From Candidatus Enterousia sp. (GTDB taxonomy: Bacteria; Pseudomonadota; Alphaproteobacteria; Rs-D84): a DNA stretch of 64,000 nt. Where the stretch lies: contig JAZRBB010000003.1 in the NCBI GenBank assembly GCA_045634865.1, positions 203,082 through 267,081 of the forward strand, written 5' to 3'. This document shows, piece after piece, positions 1-9,166 of this stretch. Numbering within the stretch: position 1 is the first letter of the stretch; every line of letters begins with the position of its first letter. The translations under genes were made by a program, and so were the position numbers. Under the pieces are notes generated by a model. That model had not been told where the DNA came from. It worked only from the letters and a program-made list of their open reading frames with translations, and searched no databases.

Positions 1-1306
1 AGTCTTTCATTGGGTCTGCCATCATAACCATTTGATCGCCTTCTTTGCGGCGTTGTTCCAGTTCTTCTGCAATCTGAACCTGACTTGCGGTTATCCAATC
101 CAAAATCATCGATAAAGATGCCTCTTTACCACGCCATTCGTCTGTGATGCCAGCCCATGTTCCCACGTGAACATAATTCATCGCGTTTAATTCACCACGT
201 TGTAACATGGAATATGCAGCATAAGCATTTGGATCGTTCATCATTGATAAATAATATTCACCAAGTAATGCTGCATCATCAGCGGTCAAGGTTCCGTTTT
301 CTATGCGATTATAGAAATAATCGTCTGCTTTGGCACGTTCTATTTTTGATACGATAAAATGAACCAAACCTGCCAAACCTGCGCGCCCAGTATTTGCCCA
401 GTGTGGGTCCGCATTTCCAGATTTGACATCTGGGACCAAAACCTTGCAAATTGCATCAATATACAAATCGCGCTGTTCAGGATTGTGTGGCACATGTTCA
501 GGGGATAGCGGATTCCAAGATGGATAATATATACCACGTTCTGGATCATCCTGGCCAGACCAATTCATAATAAATACAGGTCCAATAGTCGAACGATATG
601 CAGACGTATCCTGCTTTAATTCAGGTTTAGGGTCGTTTATAATCATTGATACGGTGTCGCATTCCAAAATAGTTGGTCGTACAACACCAGATGTTTTACC
701 GGTTCCCGGAGGTGCCACACACAAAGCAGACAAACATTCATCAAACATCAATGGGGTTTCTTTGCCTTTGTACTTGAAATAGCCAAGTACCATCATAAAA
801 CCATGAAACAGACCTTCTTTATTCTTGAAATCTTTCCCCATTTGTTTGATATCTTCGACTGTTGCCTTGCGTGAAGATTTTTCATCATATTTGTCTTTAT
901 CATGCGGATTAAATTCGTTTTTAAATGTTATGTCGGACAAGAAATAATACGCAATAATTGGTAACAATGGTGCCATGGAAGCAAAATCAGGATGAGATAC
1001 TGTTCGTGATAACCAATATGGAATTTCTGCAATGACAGACATTCCAAATGTTGCAAACATGTTTTTTATATACAACAAGGCCCATTGTTGGCTGGCCTGG
1101 GACCAACCGTACCGCCATATGTATTCAATCACGAATGAAAATCCAAATGCCAATGCGCAGATAAGCCAGATACCAACACTCCACCGTATTGCCCAAAATG
1201 TGCGCGCCACAGATGCCTGTTCGTGTTCTTTGTACTTTGATGAATCAAAGATTTTTAACCCTTTGCCAGTACCACTACCAGAGAAAATGTTGAATTTTAT
1301 TGCCAT
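1..1306 (-). CDS. virD4: Type IV secretion system coupling protein (VirD4/TraG family), N-terminal ~435 aa; C-terminus runs off the window start
   Basis: A minus-strand ORF is open from ATG (rc of 1304-1306) to position 1, translated by eye. It starts MAIKFNIFSG with two hydrophobic N-terminal segments. The motif CVAPPGTGKTSGVVRPTILE...DPKPEL resembles the TraG/VirD4 Walker A region (APTxSGKGVGxVIPTLL...D.KGE). It is absent from the ORF track because no stop falls inside the window. Confidence 0.6.
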   Translation of the reverse strand, partial: MAIKFNIFSGSGTGKGLKIFDSSKYKEHEQASVARTFWAIRWSVGIWLICALAFGFSFVIEYIWRYGWSQASQQWALLYIKNMFATFGMSVIAEIPYWLSRTVSHPDFASMAPLLPIIAYYFLSDITFKNEFNPHDKDKYDEKSSRKATVEDIKQMGKDFKNKEGLFHGFMMVLGYFKYKGKETPLMFDECLSALCVAPPGTGKTSGVVRPTILECDTVSMIINDPKPELKQDTSAYRSTIGPVFIMNWSGQDDPERGIYYPSWNPLSPEHVPHNPEQRDLYIDAICKVLVPDVKSGNADPHWANTGRAGLAGLVHFIVSKIERAKADDYFYNRIENGTLTADDAALLGEYYLSMMNDPNAYAAYSMLQRGELNAMNYVHVGTWAGITDEWRGKEASLSMILDWITASQVQIAEELEQRRKEGDQMVMMADPMKD

Positions 1307-1357
1307 GGTTGGTATTATATCATAAAAATAAGATTTTTAATAACAAAAGATTAAAAA

Positions 1358-2017
1358 ATGCAAAATAAACCAAGAATATTTATAAACCAAGATATAGAGT
1401 GCGGCATGACAGTTGCTGTGGATAAAAATATTGCCCATTATTTACGGCATGTGATGCGAACAGCAGAGTGTTTGGTTTTTAATAAAGGCATGGAATATAA
1501 TGCGGTTTTATCAGATGATGGTAAATCCCTTGTCATAGGTGACAAAACAGATCACCAAGACCCAAGTAACGATTTAGTTTTTTACTTTGCCCCAATTAAA
1601 AAGACGGACGAGATGCTAAATATGGTGACGCAAATGGGGGTTGCTGTGCTTCAACCAGTGATAACAGAGCGAACTGTGGCGCATCATATAAACTGGGAAC
1701 GTATGCAGAAGATTATAGTAGAGGCGTCCGAGCAGTCTGGTAGAAACTGTATTCCGAAATTATTGCCCCCTATTAAATTTGCAGATTTGGATTTGTATGA
1801 TTTAGTTGTTGCTGATGAACGCGCAGGACATGGTAAAGATGTATCGAACAAAATCAAATCGATAAAGAAAATATTTGTTGGTCCAGAGGGTGGTTTTTCA
1901 CCAAATGAATTTGAGATAATGGACAAAGCGGGGGTACATGGATTATCACTAGGGAAAACAATTTTACGGGCAGAGGTTGCTGCGGTTGTTGCGATATCAA
2001 AGGCACTGGATAAATGA
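1358..2017 (+). CDS. rsmE: 16S rRNA (uracil1498-N3)-methyltransferase RsmE family
   Basis: 219-aa ORF. N-terminal PUA-like region and C-terminal SPOUT motifs (FVGPEGGFSPNE, LGKTILRAEVAAV) are typical of RsmE. Confidence 0.75.
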   Translation: MQNKPRIFINQDIECGMTVAVDKNIAHYLRHVMRTAECLVFNKGMEYNAVLSDDGKSLVIGDKTDHQDPSNDLVFYFAPIKKTDEMLNMVTQMGVAVLQPVITERTVAHHINWERMQKIIVEASEQSGRNCIPKLLPPIKFADLDLYDLVVADERAGHGKDVSNKIKSIKKIFVGPEGGFSPNEFEIMDKAGVHGLSLGKTILRAEVAAVVAISKALDK

Positions 2018-2712
2018 AAGTAAGATTAGCAAAATACATTGCAGATTGTGGCACAGCATCCAGACGTGATGCTGAAAAACTTATATCCCAAGGCGCAGTT
2101 TCTGTTAATGGGAATCTTGTTGATACGCCTGTGTTTTTTGTTGGCGATGATGATAAAGTATTTGTTCATAATCGGCAGATTCAGCCGGATACAGCAATTA
2201 AATTATATATGTTTCATAAACCAATAAACACAATGACAACGGTTCGTGATCCGGAAAACAGAAAGACAATATATGATGTCATAGACGATAAGTATAAACA
2301 TCTTAAATATATTGGGCGATTAGATTTCAAGACCAGTGGATTATTGCTGTTGACTAATAATGGTGAATTTGCTCGCAAAATGTCTTTGCCAAAAAATCAT
2401 ATTCCACGAACCTATATCGCGACTGTTGTAAAACATACAAAGTCTGGTTTGGATATTGCGCGGCATGGTGTAACGATTGATGGTGTTAAATATCGTCCTA
2501 TGCAAATAGATGTTATTGATGACAAGACTTTGCACATAACTGTGACCGAGGGTAAAAAGAACGAAATCAGAATTGTATTAAAGCATATTGGTTCGCCAGT
2601 TATTGCTTTGCATCGTATATCTTACGGTCCAATACATTTGGGTAAATTGAAAGTTGGTGAAATTTCAGAAATAGATAAGAAAACAATTGACCTGATGTTG
2701 AAAAATCTTTAG
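2014..2712 (+). CDS. Pseudouridine synthase, RsuA/RluB family (S4 domain + catalytic GRLD motif)
   Basis: 232-aa ORF. N-terminal S4-like RLAKYIADCGTASRRDAEKLISQGAVSVNG and catalytic motif IGRLDFKTSGLLLLTNNG. Its ATG overlaps the rsmE stop by 4 nt. Confidence 0.8.
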   Translation: MKVRLAKYIADCGTASRRDAEKLISQGAVSVNGNLVDTPVFFVGDDDKVFVHNRQIQPDTAIKLYMFHKPINTMTTVRDPENRKTIYDVIDDKYKHLKYIGRLDFKTSGLLLLTNNGEFARKMSLPKNHIPRTYIATVVKHTKSGLDIARHGVTIDGVKYRPMQIDVIDDKTLHITVTEGKKNEIRIVLKHIGSPVIALHRISYGPIHLGKLKVGEISEIDKKTIDLMLKNL

Positions 2713-2742
2713 AATCAAAGTATAAAACCAAGGAGAGGGGAT

Positions 2743-3708
2743 ATGAAAAGTACAAGAAATCCAAAGAAAACCAAGGCAACTGCTGTTGCACAAACATCGA
2801 AAGAAAACTGTTGCTCTGCGACTAGCGTATGGTCTTGGACGATTTATGTTTATTGGTTTATAATTTTGTTCTTTATTGCTGCCACATTTTATATCTTGGG
2901 GCGCAGTCATGAATTTTTACATCCATCAACACAAAATGTGATTATTACAGAGGAAGCGTTGATTCAACCTGTTGATTATGTAAACTCTGCCAAAGAAAAA
3001 TTGCAGAGCGGAAATATAGATGATGCCATTGCTGATTTAGATACTGCGATTGATGGAAATGCAACCTCTGGGGCATATGCATTACGTGGTGAAGCCTATA
3101 TGCAAATTGGTAATTATACAAAGGCTTTGGAAGATTTTGATACTGCAATTGAAAAAGATTCTATGAATGCGATTGCTTTTTATGACAGGGCTTTGTTGAA
3201 TACCAGATTGGAAAATTATGATGCGGCTTTGAATGATATAAATAATGCTTTGGCTGCACAATCAATGAAACCATCTGAATCTTTGTCTATGCGTGATTTG
3301 TATGCCAAACGTGGACAATTGAATTTGTGGTTGAAGAACTGGCGTGGTGCTGTCGCTGATTATACTAATTCATTGGCACGTGCAGAAGGGACAGTGTCTG
3401 CAGATGTTTATGCAGAACGTGCAGAAGCATATACGGCGTTGGGGGACTATGAAAATGCTGTGAACGATTATACTACTGCAGTTCGTGTGATTTCTGAACA
3501 AATTCAGGCAGCCCCGAATCAAGATGAACGCGAAAAACAGTCCAGTAATGCAATGGGGTATTTCGAGAAATCTGCTGCGTTGAATTTCAAAATGGGCAAC
3601 AATGATGCTGCGCGTAGTGATTTGGAATCGGCGTTTGCGCTGGCTGTTGCATTAGATGATAACGATAGTGCAGACAGAATCCAAAAGTTGCTGAGTAATT
3701 TGGAATAA
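2743..3708 (+). CDS. Membrane-anchored tetratricopeptide-repeat (TPR) protein
   Basis: 321-aa ORF with N-terminal hydrophobic segment WTIYVYWFIILFFIAATFYIL. Multiple TPR-like repeats (AYALRGEAYMQIGNYTKALEDFDTAIE and similar). Confidence 0.6.
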   Translation: MKSTRNPKKTKATAVAQTSKENCCSATSVWSWTIYVYWFIILFFIAATFYILGRSHEFLHPSTQNVIITEEALIQPVDYVNSAKEKLQSGNIDDAIADLDTAIDGNATSGAYALRGEAYMQIGNYTKALEDFDTAIEKDSMNAIAFYDRALLNTRLENYDAALNDINNALAAQSMKPSESLSMRDLYAKRGQLNLWLKNWRGAVADYTNSLARAEGTVSADVYAERAEAYTALGDYENAVNDYTTAVRVISEQIQAAPNQDEREKQSSNAMGYFEKSAALNFKMGNNDAARSDLESAFALAVALDDNDSADRIQKLLSNLE

Positions 3709-3715
3709 AGTATAA

Positions 3716-3752
3716 AAATCCGCCATACAACAAAATGGCGGATTTTTTTTGA
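3716..3752 (+). terminator. Rho-independent terminator after the TPR gene
   Basis: Hairpin AATCCGCCAT-acaacaaa-ATGGCGGATT followed by a T8 run. Confidence 0.6.
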
Positions 3753-3919
3753 CTTTTTTATTTTATGGTAATAGAATACGGGTATGTTTTATGATTTATA
3801 CATTTTGACTGCTACAACAACAACCCCTTTGGGGGTCTAGATTTCTATTTGCGCAAAATAATCGCGCGTATTATAATAAACAAACAATTTAATAAAAAAC
3901 AAAATAAAAGGTAATTATT

Positions 3920-5653
3920 ATGTCTTATCCAATTGAAACAATTCGTCATTCGTTGGCACATGTTATGGCAGCGGCTGTACAAAAATTATACCCAGATGTA
4001 AAGTTTGCTGGGGGGCCTGCGATTGAAAACGGTTTTTATTATGACTTTGATACGGAACATCGTTTCAGCGAAGAAGATTTCGCAGCGATTGAAAAAGAAA
4101 TGAAATCTTTGATTAAAAGCGATGGTCGTTTTGACAGACGCGAAATATCACTGAGTGAGGCAAAACAGATTTTCGCAAATCAGCCATATAAAATGGAATG
4201 GTTAAACGAATACGATGCAAAGGGCGAAGTATTGTCTATCTATACTTTCCGCGATTTTACAGATTTGTGTCGTGGTCCGCATGTCGCGTCCAGCAAAGAC
4301 TTACCAAAAGATGGTTTCAAAATCAGAACTGTGGCTGGTGCATACTGGAAGGGCGATTCGAAAAACAAAATGTTGCAACGTATTTACGTGGATGCGTTCG
4401 CGAACGCTGAAGAATTGACTGAATTCTTGAAAATGCGCGAAGAAGCCGCAGCCAGAGATAACAGAAAACTGGGTAAAGATATGGACTTGTTCCATTTTGA
4501 ACCAGAATATGCCCCAGGTGCGGTATTTTGGCATGACAAAGGATTCAAAGTTTATCGTCGTTTGATTGACTTTATTCGTGAAACACAAAATCGTTTTGGG
4601 TATTTAGAAATTTCAACTCCAACGGTTATGGAACGTTCTTTGTGGGAAAAATCTGGGCATTGGGCAAAATATGCAGGTCATAATTATTCTGGTAAAACCC
4701 AGGACGGCAAAGATTTCTGTGTGAAACCTATGTCTTGCCCTGGTGGGATGTTGGTTTTTGCCCAGGGTATCAAATCATACAAAGATTTACCATTATATTT
4801 GGCTGAGTTCGGTAAAGTGAATCGTTATGAAGCTTCTGGCGCTTTGGCGGGTTTGATGCGCGTGCGTGAGTTAACCCAAGACGATGCACATATATTCTGT
4901 ACAGAAGAACAAATGCAGGAAGAAGTTATCAAGGCATTGAACTTGATAAAAGATATCTATAATAAATTAGGATTTACAAAAATCTTGTTTGATTTAGAAA
5001 CTCGTCCTGATAGCGAATTCAGAATTGGTAGTGATGAAGTATGGGATTTTGCCGAAGATACTTTGCGCAAAGCTCTGGATGCTTCAGGGGTAGAATATAT
5101 CGTTGCCGAAGGCGAGGGGGCATTCTATGGCCCAAAAATTTGTGCATATTTGTGGGATGCAATTGGTCGTAAATGGCAATGTGGAACTGTGCAGTTGGAT
5201 ATGAATTTGCCAGAACGGTTTGATTTGTCTTATATTGGTGAAGATGGCGAAAAGCATCGTCCAATTATGTTGCACCGCGCTATGTTGGGTTCAATTGAAA
5301 GATTCTTTGGAATCTTGTTGGAATCAACAGCTGGTGTATTGCCACTATGGTTGTCCCCAGAACCTGTGGTTGTGACACCTGTATCTGAAAAATACAAAGA
5401 TTATGCAAATGAGGTAGTGGAACAATTGCACAAGGTTGGTGTTTATGCACGTGCAGATTTGCGTGACGAAAAGGTTAATTACAAGATTCGTGAATTATCT
5501 TTGACCAAGACACCAATTATTGCTGTGGTTGGTGAAAAGGAAATGAACGACAAAACGGTCACACTACGTTATTTCGGCAAGCAAGAGCAAAAAACAGAAT
5601 CTTTGTCTGATTTTGTAAAATATATGGCAGATGCAATTAAATTGCCGTTATAA
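3920..5653 (+). CDS. thrS: Threonyl-tRNA synthetase lacking the N-terminal TGS (N1) domain
   Basis: 577-aa ORF starting at the N2 editing-domain motif HSLAHVMAAAV. Class II catalytic motifs are present (FGYLEISTPTVMERSLWEKSGHW, RVRELTQDDAHIFC) and the anticodon-binding domain is at the C-terminus. An in-frame stop (taa 3905-3907) lies immediately upstream, so the truncation is real. Confidence 0.9.
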   Translation: MSYPIETIRHSLAHVMAAAVQKLYPDVKFAGGPAIENGFYYDFDTEHRFSEEDFAAIEKEMKSLIKSDGRFDRREISLSEAKQIFANQPYKMEWLNEYDAKGEVLSIYTFRDFTDLCRGPHVASSKDLPKDGFKIRTVAGAYWKGDSKNKMLQRIYVDAFANAEELTEFLKMREEAAARDNRKLGKDMDLFHFEPEYAPGAVFWHDKGFKVYRRLIDFIRETQNRFGYLEISTPTVMERSLWEKSGHWAKYAGHNYSGKTQDGKDFCVKPMSCPGGMLVFAQGIKSYKDLPLYLAEFGKVNRYEASGALAGLMRVRELTQDDAHIFCTEEQMQEEVIKALNLIKDIYNKLGFTKILFDLETRPDSEFRIGSDEVWDFAEDTLRKALDASGVEYIVAEGEGAFYGPKICAYLWDAIGRKWQCGTVQLDMNLPERFDLSYIGEDGEKHRPIMLHRAMLGSIERFFGILLESTAGVLPLWLSPEPVVVTPVSEKYKDYANEVVEQLHKVGVYARADLRDEKVNYKIRELSLTKTPIIAVVGEKEMNDKTVTLRYFGKQEQKTESLSDFVKYMADAIKLPL

Positions 5654-5716
5654 TAAAAATAAAACAGGGTGGGGCGATTTTCTCGGTTCACCCTAAATAA
5701 AAGAACAGGAAAGAAA

Positions 5717-5857
5717 ATGAAAAAAATTCTGATGTTGTTGATGTTGTGTTCTGTGGCAATTCTGGCTGGTTGTGCTTGTAATTGTGAAGTGGAACCAATC
5801 ATCGAAGCAAACCATAAATTGATTGTGCCACCTAATTTTGGAAATATGCCAAAATAA
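5717..5857 (+). CDS. Small lipoprotein (46 aa)
   Basis: MKKILMLLMLCSVAILAGCA has a lipobox (LAGC), preceded by RBS AGGAAAG. The ORF-track ORF 5669..5857 contains it. Confidence 0.4.
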   Translation: MKKILMLLMLCSVAILAGCACNCEVEPIIEANHKLIVPPNFGNMPK

Positions 5858-5871
5858 TTGTAAAGGATTTC

Positions 5872-5900
5872 TTGGTTATATTGTTTTTTTGTGATATAAT
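5872..5900 (+). promoter_or_regulatory. Sigma70-type promoter with extended -10 (TTGGTT-17 nt-TGaTATAAT) for the SPOR-domain gene
   Basis: TTGGTT at 5872-5877, TG 5892-5893, TATAAT 5895-5900. The same 16-mer TTTTGTGATATAATAT recurs at 39606-39621. Confidence 0.45.
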
Positions 5901-5934
5901 ATGTCCATACCAATAATTAAATGGGGGGAATACT

Positions 5935-6675
5935 ATGAGCAACAACCAAGAAGAAAACTTAGACTTGTTAGATTTAGAAGATGATACAGAAGTTGACGCT
6001 TTACCAGAAGCGACACCTTTTTCTGCGCCACGTCCAAAAAGACCTTGGTTGCTGATGGGGATTGGTGTTGCGATAATCGTGTTGGCAACTTGGATTATTG
6101 TTGCACATGTTGGTAAAGATTCTGGATCAAGTGCAACAGTAAATTTGGATGCGCCAATTATTGATAAATTGGATGTGCCTGCGGCACCTGCACCAGATTT
6201 AAGTGCGCCTGTTAAAAAGGCAGAGGTTGCACCAAAACCTGAAAAGCCTGTTAAGCCAGCAGACGTAAAACCTGTGGAATCAGATGGTAATCCGATTCGC
6301 GTGGTCGAAGACAGAAAGGAAGTTACCTTTAATCCGGACAAGGTTGAAAATAAACCTGTGGCAAAGCCTGCATCGGCAAAGAAAATAACTGCGCCAGCGA
6401 CAAAAAAGCAAACAAAACCTGTGGCAGCAACAAACGGAAATATTTATGTTCAGTTTGGTTCATACAGCACACGTGCTTTGGCCCAGGCTGCAGAACAAAA
6501 ATTGCGCAGTGGACATCAAAATTTGTTCAGCGGTAAACAATTTGTTATATTGGCTGCAGAAGTCAACGGTAAAACTACATACAGATTGCGTGTTCCGTTT
6601 ATGAATGTGAACGATGCAAACGGTTTCTGCCGTAATGCAAAGTCTGATGGTTTAGATTGCTATGTTGCAAAATAA
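5935..6675 (+). CDS. SPOR-domain cell-division protein (proline-rich linker, one TM segment)
   Basis: 246 aa with TM segment PWLLMGIGVAIIVLATWIIVA and a Pro/Lys/Val-rich spacer. C-terminal SPOR-like domain (IYVQFGSYSTRALAQAAEQKLRS...YRLRVPF). Confidence 0.6.
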   Translation: MSNNQEENLDLLDLEDDTEVDALPEATPFSAPRPKRPWLLMGIGVAIIVLATWIIVAHVGKDSGSSATVNLDAPIIDKLDVPAAPAPDLSAPVKKAEVAPKPEKPVKPADVKPVESDGNPIRVVEDRKEVTFNPDKVENKPVAKPASAKKITAPATKKQTKPVAATNGNIYVQFGSYSTRALAQAAEQKLRSGHQNLFSGKQFVILAAEVNGKTTYRLRVPFMNVNDANGFCRNAKSDGLDCYVAK

Positions 6676-6693
6676 TAACACAGGAGAATAAAA

Positions 6694-6864
6694 ATGAGAT
6701 TCGGTATTTGGGAAATAGTTTTAATTGCTTTGTTGGTTATCATTTTGTTTGGCAGTGCTAAGATTCCAGCAATGATGAAAAATCTTGCAAACGGGGTCAA
6801 AACATTCAAGAAAGAAATCAAAGATGATAAGTCAACCAAAAGCAAAAAGAAAGTTAAAAAATAA
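6694..6864 (+). CDS. tatA: Sec-independent translocase TatA/E (56 aa); not in ORF track because it is under 60 aa
   Basis: MRFGIWEIVLIALLVIILFGSAKIPAMMKNLANGVKTFKKEIKDD is the canonical TatA TM helix plus amphipathic helix. RBS CAGGAG lies upstream. Confidence 0.7.
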   Translation: MRFGIWEIVLIALLVIILFGSAKIPAMMKNLANGVKTFKKEIKDDKSTKSKKKVKK

Positions 6865-6866
6865 TG

Positions 6867-6894
6867 AAAAAACCGCCATTTGGCGGTTTTTTTT
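6867..6894. terminator. Bidirectional rho-independent terminator between tatA (+) and dksA (-)
   Basis: AACCGCCA-tt-TGGCGGTT hairpin flanked by an A-run upstream and a T-run downstream. Confidence 0.6.
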
Positions 6895-7324
6895 ACTTTT
6901 CGTTTTTCTCTATTTCTTCTTGTTCTTCGATTGTTTTGGTTGCCAATGGGCGCGCGATTAAACGTTGTAAACCAATTTCATCGCCAGATATCACGCTGTA
7001 TCCGAATGTTCCGTTTTCAATGCGTTCCAATGCAGCATCGATTTTCTTTAATAAATTCGCATTGCGTTCAGACATACGCAAATCCATAGCGATTTCTTGT
7101 TCAACTGTAGATTGGTCCTGTTCGTCACCGACGCCAGCATTTTCAGTTTTGTCTGCAATACGAACATCATTTAATATGTCATTGTGGTCATGTGCCAATT
7201 GTTCGCGTCTGGCGGTCAATAATTGATAAAAATATGCCAAATGTTCAGGACACATATATGGTTCCGTCTTTTTTGGGACATATTTAGGAGGCAATACTAT
7301 ATTCTTGAAGTTTTTTGTTGCCAT
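6893..7324 (-). CDS. dksA: DksA/TraR-family transcription factor, zinc-finger-less variant
   Basis: 143 aa with a coiled-coil region and the conserved acidic tip (DEQDQSTVEQEIA). C-terminal FGYSVISGDEIGLQRLIARP aligns to E. coli [20 protein letters not shown] with the Cys residues replaced. Confidence 0.7.
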   Translation of the reverse strand: MATKNFKNIVLPPKYVPKKTEPYMCPEHLAYFYQLLTARREQLAHDHNDILNDVRIADKTENAGVGDEQDQSTVEQEIAMDLRMSERNANLLKKIDAALERIENGTFGYSVISGDEIGLQRLIARPLATKTIEEQEEIEKNEK

Positions 7325-7325
7325 A

Positions 7326-7646
7326 TCAGGACTCCTTTAATTCTTTTATCCATAACATCAGGGTTTCTTTGTCCATTAACCCTGTACGAGCCTCTCTCAA
7401 TTCCCCATCCTTGAACGCTAGAACGCTTGGGATGCTACGAATTCCAAATTTTGCAGGTGCGCGTCTGTTTGTTTCGTCAATCTCGAATTTTACAAAATTA
7501 ACATCTGATTCAATTTCGGATACAGATTCGAAAATCGGACCAAACATTTGGCATGGGCCACACCAAGACGCCCAAAAGTCAACCAATGTTAAACCATTGG
7601 ATATCATTGAATCAAAATTATTATCGTCTGCGTGTTTTAATGCCAT
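7326..7646 (-). CDS. trxA: Thioredoxin
   Basis: WCGPC active site (DFWASWCGPCQMF). Likely start is MALKH (106 aa); the ORF track extends to 7784 in the same frame. Confidence 0.85.
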   Translation of the reverse strand: MALKHADDNNFDSMISNGLTLVDFWASWCGPCQMFGPIFESVSEIESDVNFVKFEIDETNRRAPAKFGIRSIPSVLAFKDGELREARTGLMDKETLMLWIKELKES

Positions 7647-7678
7647 CTTTTTCTCCTTATGTTTTTCCTTATGTTTTA

Positions 7679-7706
7679 TTGCATTTGATATTAAGAGTAT
7701 TATAAT
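7679..7706 (+). promoter_or_regulatory. Candidate sigma70 promoter for the sufS operon (TTGCAT-16 nt-TATAAT)
   Basis: TTGCAT at 7679-7684 and TATAAT at 7701-7706, about 28 nt upstream of the sufS ATG. Confidence 0.4.
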
Positions 7707-7733
7707 CATAGCAAAAAGCAAGAGAAAAACCAC

Positions 7734-8852
7734 ATGAAAAAAATCGTTTATATGGATGCGGCGGCCAGTTGGTTGAAAAATCAATCTGTGATAGAATCAG
7801 AGGTTGATTTTCTGACAAATTATTATGCTAATGCGGGACGTGGTGTATGTGAACGTGCGTCAAATGTTGATAAAATGGTTGCTGATGTTCGTCAGAATGT
7901 TGCGCACTTTATTGGTGCGAAACCCAAAAATATTGTTTTTACATCTGGGACAACAGATGGCTTGAATCGTATTGTAAATATTATTAAAAATTCTGCAAAA
8001 TGGTTTGATAAAAAGCCTGTTGTTGCGGTTTCTGATTTAGATCATCATAGTGCCAGAATGCCATGGCAAGTGGCTGCGAATGCGGGGTGGTGTGATTTGG
8101 TTGTTTGTCCGTTAGATTCTGAATTAAATATTGATGTCGATAATATACCAAAATGTGATATTTTTGTTATTACTGCCATGTCTAATGTGTTGGGTGTTGC
8201 ACAAGATGTTGAACATATTATTCGCGTCGCGCGTCAAAAAAATCCAGATGTTATAACAATTGTCGATGCAGCGCAATTTGTCGCACACAGCAAAATAGAT
8301 GTGTCAAAATTTGATTGTGATTTTTTATGTTTTTCAGGTCATAAAATTGGTGCTGATACAGGTATTGGTGTGATGTATATTCGTAATCCAGATGATTTTT
8401 ATCCAGATAAATTTGGTGGTGGTATGGTTAATAAAATAACCGATTCTGGAAAATGGATTTTGAATCAATCACCTGAAAAGTTTGAGGCGGGAACCCTGCC
8501 TTTGACCCAAATTGTTGGTTTAGGTAAAGCGATACAGTTGTTGTCTTATGCGGACGATTCATCAAAGTTGATTCGGTATATGCATGATGAATTATCAAAA
8601 ATACCTGGGATAAAAATATTAACAAAGCCGGATGCTTGTGTTTTAAGTTTTGTGGTTGAAAATATGCATGTCCTGGATTTTGGGGTTATGATTGGTGCAC
8701 GTGATATTTGTGTTCGGGTTGGTAATATGTGTGCCAGTTGGATACATAAAAAAATGGGATTAGACGGCAGTATTCGTATATCTGTTGGTCCATGGAATAC
8801 ACATGCAGATGCAGAATACGTGCTAGAAACGATTCGTAAAATGGTGAAATGA
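7734..8852 (+). CDS. sufS: Cysteine desulfurase (SufS/NifS-like, class V aminotransferase)
   Basis: 372 aa. PLP-lysine region FSGHKIGADTGIGVMYI and the HHSARMPWQ motif resemble SufS. It sits upstream of sufT and sufE. Confidence 0.75.
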   Translation: MKKIVYMDAAASWLKNQSVIESEVDFLTNYYANAGRGVCERASNVDKMVADVRQNVAHFIGAKPKNIVFTSGTTDGLNRIVNIIKNSAKWFDKKPVVAVSDLDHHSARMPWQVAANAGWCDLVVCPLDSELNIDVDNIPKCDIFVITAMSNVLGVAQDVEHIIRVARQKNPDVITIVDAAQFVAHSKIDVSKFDCDFLCFSGHKIGADTGIGVMYIRNPDDFYPDKFGGGMVNKITDSGKWILNQSPEKFEAGTLPLTQIVGLGKAIQLLSYADDSSKLIRYMHDELSKIPGIKILTKPDACVLSFVVENMHVLDFGVMIGARDICVRVGNMCASWIHKKMGLDGSIRISVGPWNTHADAEYVLETIRKMVK

Positions 8853-9166
8853 TGGCTGTAAATCGTGATGATATTGTTAATGAAATCAAGAAAGTTTATG
8901 ACCCAGAAATACCAGTGAATATTTGGGATTTGGGGTTGATATATGATATATCAATAAATGACGATAAAATATCGATTGAAATGACGTTTACCAGTCCGAC
9001 TTGTCCGATGATGGAAGATATTTTGGATCAGGTTAAAACAAATGTTGAAACTGTATCAGACGGCAAACCAGTTGAAATAAAACTTGTTTGGGACCCTGCG
9101 TGGGACATATCACGTATGTCCGATGTTGCACGTGTGGAACTAGATTTAACTGAACAGGGATGGTAA
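8849..9166 (+). CDS. DUF59/MIP18-family Fe-S assembly protein (SufT-like)
   Basis: 105 aa. YDPEIPVNIWDLGLIY and TSPTCPMM motifs are characteristic of the DUF59 family. Overlaps the sufS stop by 4 nt. Confidence 0.6.
   Translation: MMAVNRDDIVNEIKKVYDPEIPVNIWDLGLIYDISINDDKISIEMTFTSPTCPMMEDILDQVKTNVETVSDGKPVEIKLVWDPAWDISRMSDVARVELDLTEQGW

Noticed and set aside
6864-7226. Plus-strand 120-aa ORF
   Set aside because: Antisense to dksA. Begins inside the tatA terminator T-run.
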